A stretch of 64,000 nucleotides of DNA from Candidatus Eiseniibacteriota bacterium. GTDB taxonomy: Bacteria; Eisenbacteria; RBG-16-71-46. The position numbers and the translations under genes were made by a program. The stretch covers positions 32,001-96,000 of the forward strand of contig JANLWX010000231.1 of NCBI GenBank assembly GCA_031364845.1, given 5' to 3'. Positions within the stretch are counted from its first letter, which is position 1; each line of letters starts with the position of its first letter. The notes beneath the pieces were generated by a model. It was not told the origin of the DNA, searched no databases, and was given only the letters and a program-made list of their open reading frames with translations. Of the stretch, positions 59,651 to 64,000 are shown piece by piece.

Positions 59651-61725
59651 GGCAACCGAATCAATCCCGCCACGATCTCTGCGAACGCCAGGGGCTCAAC
59701 GGGCTTGGTGGTGTGGACTTGATATCCCTCCTGAAGCGCCCGGGCGCGGTCTTCGCTGCGCGCGTATGCCGTCAGCGCCACGGCGGGAATCCAAGAGCCG
59801 TATGTGTTCTCCCACTCGCGAATCTTGCGAATCAGCGAATACCCATCCTCTCCCGGCATTCCGATATCGGAAACGAGAACGGTCGGTTGCCAATCCCGGC
59901 AGATCTCGAATGCCTGGCCGGCCGAACCCGCTTCGCGAACTTCAGCTCCGCACTGTTCGAGCATCTCGCGCAACAGGCCGCGCGCATCGATTTCGTCGTC
60001 GACCACCAGCACCCGAGCGCCTTCGAGGTTGGGCAGCGCATGGGATGTCGAGCGGGAGCGTTTCGTCGAGCGGCGGGGGGGCTCCTCGCCTTCGGACGCG
60101 CCGTGCGCTTCGCGCATCGGCAACGTCACGATGAACGTCGCGCCTTGTTCCTTGCCGGCGCTGTGGACCTTGACGCTGCCGCCGTGCAACTCCACCAGGT
60201 GCCGCACGATCGCAAGCCCGATGCCCACGCCGCCTGCCGCCCGCGAAGCCGAGGCGTCCGCCTGTCGAAAACGATCGAACGCATAGGGCAGGAACTCTGC
60301 GCTCAGGCCTTCGCCGGTGTCGCTCACGGTGATCTCGACATTCGAACCCGCATGCTCGAGACGCACGTCGGCACGCCCGCCGCGAGGCGTGAACTTGATC
60401 GCGTTCGACAGAAGATTCCAGACGATCTGCTGCAGGCGGCTCGCGTCACCCGAAATCGGGCCGGCGTTTACGTCGAGGGCGGCGCTCAGCGCGACGCCCT
60501 TCGCTTCCGCCATGGGCCGCACCGAATCGAGGGCGGACTCGATCGCCAGCTTGGGAAAAATCGGCTGCATGTCGAGCCGCAGTTTGCCCGTGATGATGCG
60601 TGACACATCGAGCAGGTCCTCGATCACCTGCGCTTGCGCGAGCGCGTTGCGTTCGATGACCTGTGCGGCATGCGCGGCCTTCTCTTCGGTCAGCGATCCC
60701 AGTTGCAGGAGCTTCGCCCATCCCAGGATCGCGTTGAGGGGGGTGCGCACTTCGTGCGACACGGTCGCCAGGAATTCGTCCTTGAGCCGGCTCGCTTCCT
60801 CGGCCCGTGAACGCGCCGCCCGCTCGCGGGCCAGCAATTCTTCGCGCTCGGTGACGTCGCGGACGATCTTCGAGGCGCCGATGATCTTCCCCGACGAATC
60901 CCTTACGGGAGAGATCGTCAGGGAAACATTGATGAGGTTGCCGTCCTTGCGCCGCCGGATGGTTTCGAAGTGGTCGATCAACTCGCCGCTGCGGATGCGA
61001 CGGAGGAACTCCTCCTCCTGGCCCAGATGTTCGGGCGGAATGAGGATCGTGATCGGCTTGCCGATGATCTCGCTCGCCGTGTAGCCGAACATGCGCTCGG
61101 CGGCGATGTTCCAGCTGGTCACGATCCCATTGAGGCTCTTGCTCACGATCGCATCCGTCGACGAAGCAACGATCGCCGCGAGATGAGCGTGATCGCGCTC
61201 GGCGTAACGCCGGGCACTGATGTCCCGAAAACTCCAGACTCTTCCTATAGGGTGACCGTCAGCGAGTCGTGTCCGCGAGAGCATTTCGAATTCGCGTCCG
61301 TCGGCGAGTTCGACGACGTCGAAGGTCTCGAGCGGCGACTTCATCCTGATCCGTTCAACGAGCGCCGCAAATGCGCTGTCATCGCGAGTCTGATGGCCGA
61401 TCTGTTGGAAGTGCGTTCGATCGTCACGCTGCGCCATCACGTCCGGCGCCAATCCCCACATGCGCGCATAATTATCGTTGAAGTCCGTGATGCGCCCATC
61501 GTGATCCGTGACGAGCACTCCATCGGGGGTCAGCTGAAGCGTGGCGCGCAGCACCGAGAGCGATTGTGCCAGCTCCTGGGTGCGAAGTTCGAGCACGTGG
61601 CGCAGCGCGGTGAGGTCGGAACTTGGATGGGGATCCGTCTCCGCCACCGAGACCGTCTTCGGGGCGACAGCCGGCGCTTTCTTATTGCCTTCGTTCCGCG
61701 TCGATTTCATCTCAGTCCCGTTCAT
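59647..61725 (-). CDS. Hybrid sensor histidine kinase (2 PAS, HisKA, HATPase, REC)
   Basis: SHEVRTPLNAILG, NLLSNAIKFT, DTGEG, G.GIGL, VLVVDD..SDIGMP..ALTA..KP. Confidence 0.95.
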   Translation of the reverse strand: MNGTEMKSTRNEGNKKAPAVAPKTVSVAETDPHPSSDLTALRHVLELRTQELAQSLSVLRATLQLTPDGVLVTDHDGRITDFNDNYARMWGLAPDVMAQRDDRTHFQQIGHQTRDDSAFAALVERIRMKSPLETFDVVELADGREFEMLSRTRLADGHPIGRVWSFRDISARRYAERDHAHLAAIVASSTDAIVSKSLNGIVTSWNIAAERMFGYTASEIIGKPITILIPPEHLGQEEEFLRRIRSGELIDHFETIRRRKDGNLINVSLTISPVRDSSGKIIGASKIVRDVTEREELLARERAARSRAEEASRLKDEFLATVSHEVRTPLNAILGWAKLLQLGSLTEEKAAHAAQVIERNALAQAQVIEDLLDVSRIITGKLRLDMQPIFPKLAIESALDSVRPMAEAKGVALSAALDVNAGPISGDASRLQQIVWNLLSNAIKFTPRGGRADVRLEHAGSNVEITVSDTGEGLSAEFLPYAFDRFRQADASASRAAGGVGIGLAIVRHLVELHGGSVKVHSAGKEQGATFIVTLPMREAHGASEGEEPPRRSTKRSRSTSHALPNLEGARVLVVDDEIDARGLLREMLEQCGAEVREAGSAGQAFEICRDWQPTVLVSDIGMPGEDGYSLIRKIREWENTYGSWIPAVALTAYARSEDRARALQEGYQVHTTKPVEPLAFAEIVAGLIRLP

Positions 61726-62013
61726 CCGGCGGCCGCGGAAGCGATGGCAAGACTCATGAGGATCCCGCGTCCCGGAAGCAGAACACGCGAGGCCATACTA
61801 ACATGCGCGACAATCCCCGCGGCGTGACCATCGAGTTCGCAAGCCCTCCACCGCCATAGCCATTCCCTCCTCATTTCATGGGGCGGCTGCCGCGTGGGAC
61901 CCGCAAACCCCCGATATTCTGATGGCCGGAGCTGATACCCGCCTCGCGAGGCGGAACGTGCTATTCCTCCACTCGGCTGGTCACTCCACCTTCGAGGATC
62001 CGTACCCGATACC

Positions 62014-62694
62014 ATGCGACTCATCCCCGCTGTGCTCTGCTCCTGTATGCTGTTCGCGTTCGGATGTTCGTCGGACCGATTCCCGACCGCCCCAGTGGTT
62101 CGGCCGGATTCGGTGGCGAACTACCGGGTGACGTTCGTTTCGACCTGGAGCGACACGTCGCATCCCGTCCAGTTCCCGACCAGCGCCCACTTCTCGGGTT
62201 TGATCGGGGCGACGCACTCGGATCAGGTTGAGTTCTGGCGCGAGGGGCAACTCGCCTCGCCCGGCATTCAGGCGATGGCCGAGCTGGGTTCGAAGAGCCC
62301 GCTCGATGGCGAGATCACTTCGGCGATCCTCGCCGGCACGGCGCGCGATACGATCTCGGGCGGCGCGATTGCGCGCTCCCCAGGCCAGGTGTCGCTCGAA
62401 ACGCAGGTCTCACTCGCTCACCCGCTCGTGACGCTGGTCACGATGATCGCACCGAGTCCCGATTGGTTCGTCGGCGTCGGCGGCCTGGCACTGCTTCAGA
62501 GCAATCGGTGGGTCGACTCGCTCACGGTCGAGTTGTACGGCTGGGATGCCGGCACCGACGACGGTGTGACGTACATCGCGATGAATGCGCCCGCGGCGCC
62601 GCACGTTCCGATCTCGCGCCTGGAAAACGGTCCGTTCTTGGTGGGCGGTCAGGTACCCTCGCTCGGTACTTACACGTTCGTAAGGCTTCGATAA
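62014..62694 (+). CDS. Spondin_N domain lipoprotein
   Basis: Lipobox AFGC; 'HFSGLIGATH', 'AELG', 'MIAPSPDWFVG', 'WDAGTD'. Confidence 0.85.
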   Translation: MRLIPAVLCSCMLFAFGCSSDRFPTAPVVRPDSVANYRVTFVSTWSDTSHPVQFPTSAHFSGLIGATHSDQVEFWREGQLASPGIQAMAELGSKSPLDGEITSAILAGTARDTISGGAIARSPGQVSLETQVSLAHPLVTLVTMIAPSPDWFVGVGGLALLQSNRWVDSLTVELYGWDAGTDDGVTYIAMNAPAAPHVPISRLENGPFLVGGQVPSLGTYTFVRLR

Positions 62695-62733
62695 CCCTCG
62701 CGGGCGTCGTCTCGCGCCGAACGCGGGGGCCTC

Positions 62734-63150
62734 TCAGCGCCGTTCGACGACGAACGTCCCGATGTAGGCCGTCGAATCGCGTTCGACGGTCGAGACCGGA
62801 TAGGGCTCGAGCTTGACGATACGGATGCGATAGCCGCCATGATCCGCACCGCCGCTGGAGTCATCTCCGCAGCCGAGGCACAACTCGAGCGTTTCGCGCG
62901 GTGTCCCGGACGTGCGCGCCTCGATCGCCACGAAGGCCTCTCCCGCCCTCACGCATTGCACATCACGCGGGCAACGCGATTCGGACACGACGCGACGGAA
63001 CAGGACATCGATCTCTCCGCTCTGGACCGTCGCGGCCCGGCCGACCCTGAGATCGAACGGCGTGCCGAGCATCGCGGGCAGGGGCTGGTTGCACGAGACG
63101 GACAGCAACAAGACGGCAATCCATCCCACTCTCAAAGCGGTGCGTGGCAT
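62734..63150 (-). CDS. Hypothetical lipoprotein
   Basis: Lipobox SVSC; 'ESRCPRDVQCVRAG', 'LEPYP'. Confidence 0.7.
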   Translation of the reverse strand: MPRTALRVGWIAVLLLSVSCNQPLPAMLGTPFDLRVGRAATVQSGEIDVLFRRVVSESRCPRDVQCVRAGEAFVAIEARTSGTPRETLELCLGCGDDSSGGADHGGYRIRIVKLEPYPVSTVERDSTAYIGTFVVERR

Positions 63151-63240
63151 CGGTGCTCTCCGGTGTGGTGTCCATGGCCAGATTGGCGATCGGCAAGGCT
63201 CGGGAACATGGATCAAGGGGACCTCATCGAGTCGAGACCA

Positions 63241-64000
63241 TCAAGCAATAATTCCCTGAGCACCGTCGGCACGCAGGGCGGGTACGACACGGGTTCCGAG
63301 CAATTCGATCGCTCGCATCAGCCGGGTATGGGGCAGGTCGGCCACGCTCATCTGGAAGCTCATGCGCGAGATGCCGCCCAGCGCCTCGCTGTATCGAAGA
63401 ATCTTTTCGGCAACTGTTTCCGCGTCACCCACGAGGAGCGCTCCATGGGGACCGAGCAGAGCGTCGAAGTCCGCCCGGGACACCGGAGGCCAGCCGCGCT
63501 CCTTTCCAATCTTGCTGAAGGCGCGCGCGTAGCCCGGGAAGAATTCATCGGCCGCCTCGCGCGCCGTCGGGGCAACGTAGCCCAGGGCGTGGACGCCGAC
63601 CTTCATTCGCTCGGGAGCGTGACCCGATCGCGCATAGGCTTCACGGTAGAGGTCGATGAGCGGCCGGAAGCGCCGGGGCTCGCCGCCGATGATCGCCACC
63701 ATCAAGGGAAGTCCGAGTACGCCGGCGCGGACGAACGACTGAGGCGTCCCGCCGACACCGAGCCAGATCGGCAAGGGGTCTTGCATCGGACGCGGGTAGA
63801 CGCCCTGGCCCGTGAGCGCCGGCCGATGTTGACCGGACCACGTGACATGCTCGTGGTCGCGGATCTCGAGCAACAGGTCGAGCTTTTCGGAGAACAGCGA
63901 ATCGTAGTCTTCGAGCTCGAGGCCGAACAGCGGAAATGCCTCGATGAACGAGCCGCGACCGACAATCATCTCGGCCCGGCCGTGGGACAGGAGATCGAGT
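63241..64000 (-). CDS. LLM-class flavin-dependent oxidoreductase (5' part outside the window)
   Basis: GRAEMIVGRGSFIEAFPLFG, YPRP.Q..LPIWLGVGG, PLMVAIIGG. Confidence 0.9.
   Translation of the reverse strand, partial: LDLLSHGRAEMIVGRGSFIEAFPLFGLELEDYDSLFSEKLDLLLEIRDHEHVTWSGQHRPALTGQGVYPRPMQDPLPIWLGVGGTPQSFVRAGVLGLPLMVAIIGGEPRRFRPLIDLYREAYARSGHAPERMKVGVHALGYVAPTAREAADEFFPGYARAFSKIGKERGWPPVSRADFDALLGPHGALLVGDAETVAEKILRYSEALGGISRMSFQMSVADLPHTRLMRAIELLGTRVVPALRADGAQGIIA

Overview
High-GC bacterial chromosome segment. The cargo proteins with C-terminal FlgD-Ig/T9SS-like domains and the gene style suggest Candidatus Eisenbacteria or a related FCB-group lineage (inference only). The left 25 kb is a minus-strand housekeeping run: tRNA-Val(GAC), thrS, an inserted 2214-aa repeat surface protein, L20 leader, infC(AUU)-rpmI-rplT-pheS-pheT-zapB, a MITE, zapA, 6S RNA, rny, a ymdB::folD fusion, xseA-xseB-ispA-DUF212-dxs-nadK, an S26-like gene and recN. 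The 25-37 kb region holds an apparent exosortase-H-like protein-sorting module (exosortase, partner membrane protein, a secreted target with a variant 'VPMSS' sorting signal, GT-C glycosyltransferases) wrapped around aroF/aroC. The right half is accessory: PPK2, BNR/FlgD-Ig secreted protein, MFS, PLP decarboxylase, degenerate HAD, YihY, topoisomerase IB, GT4, TamAB, diheme cytochrome c, PAS hybrid kinase, spondin lipoprotein and an LLM oxidoreductase. Most notable: the in-frame YmdB-FolD fusion downstream of 6S RNA/rny, the variant exosortase system, the 6x Cys/Trp-module giant protein, a Firmicutes-type L20 attenuator and a 122-bp MITE. All family calls come from motif recognition by eye, not from database searches.
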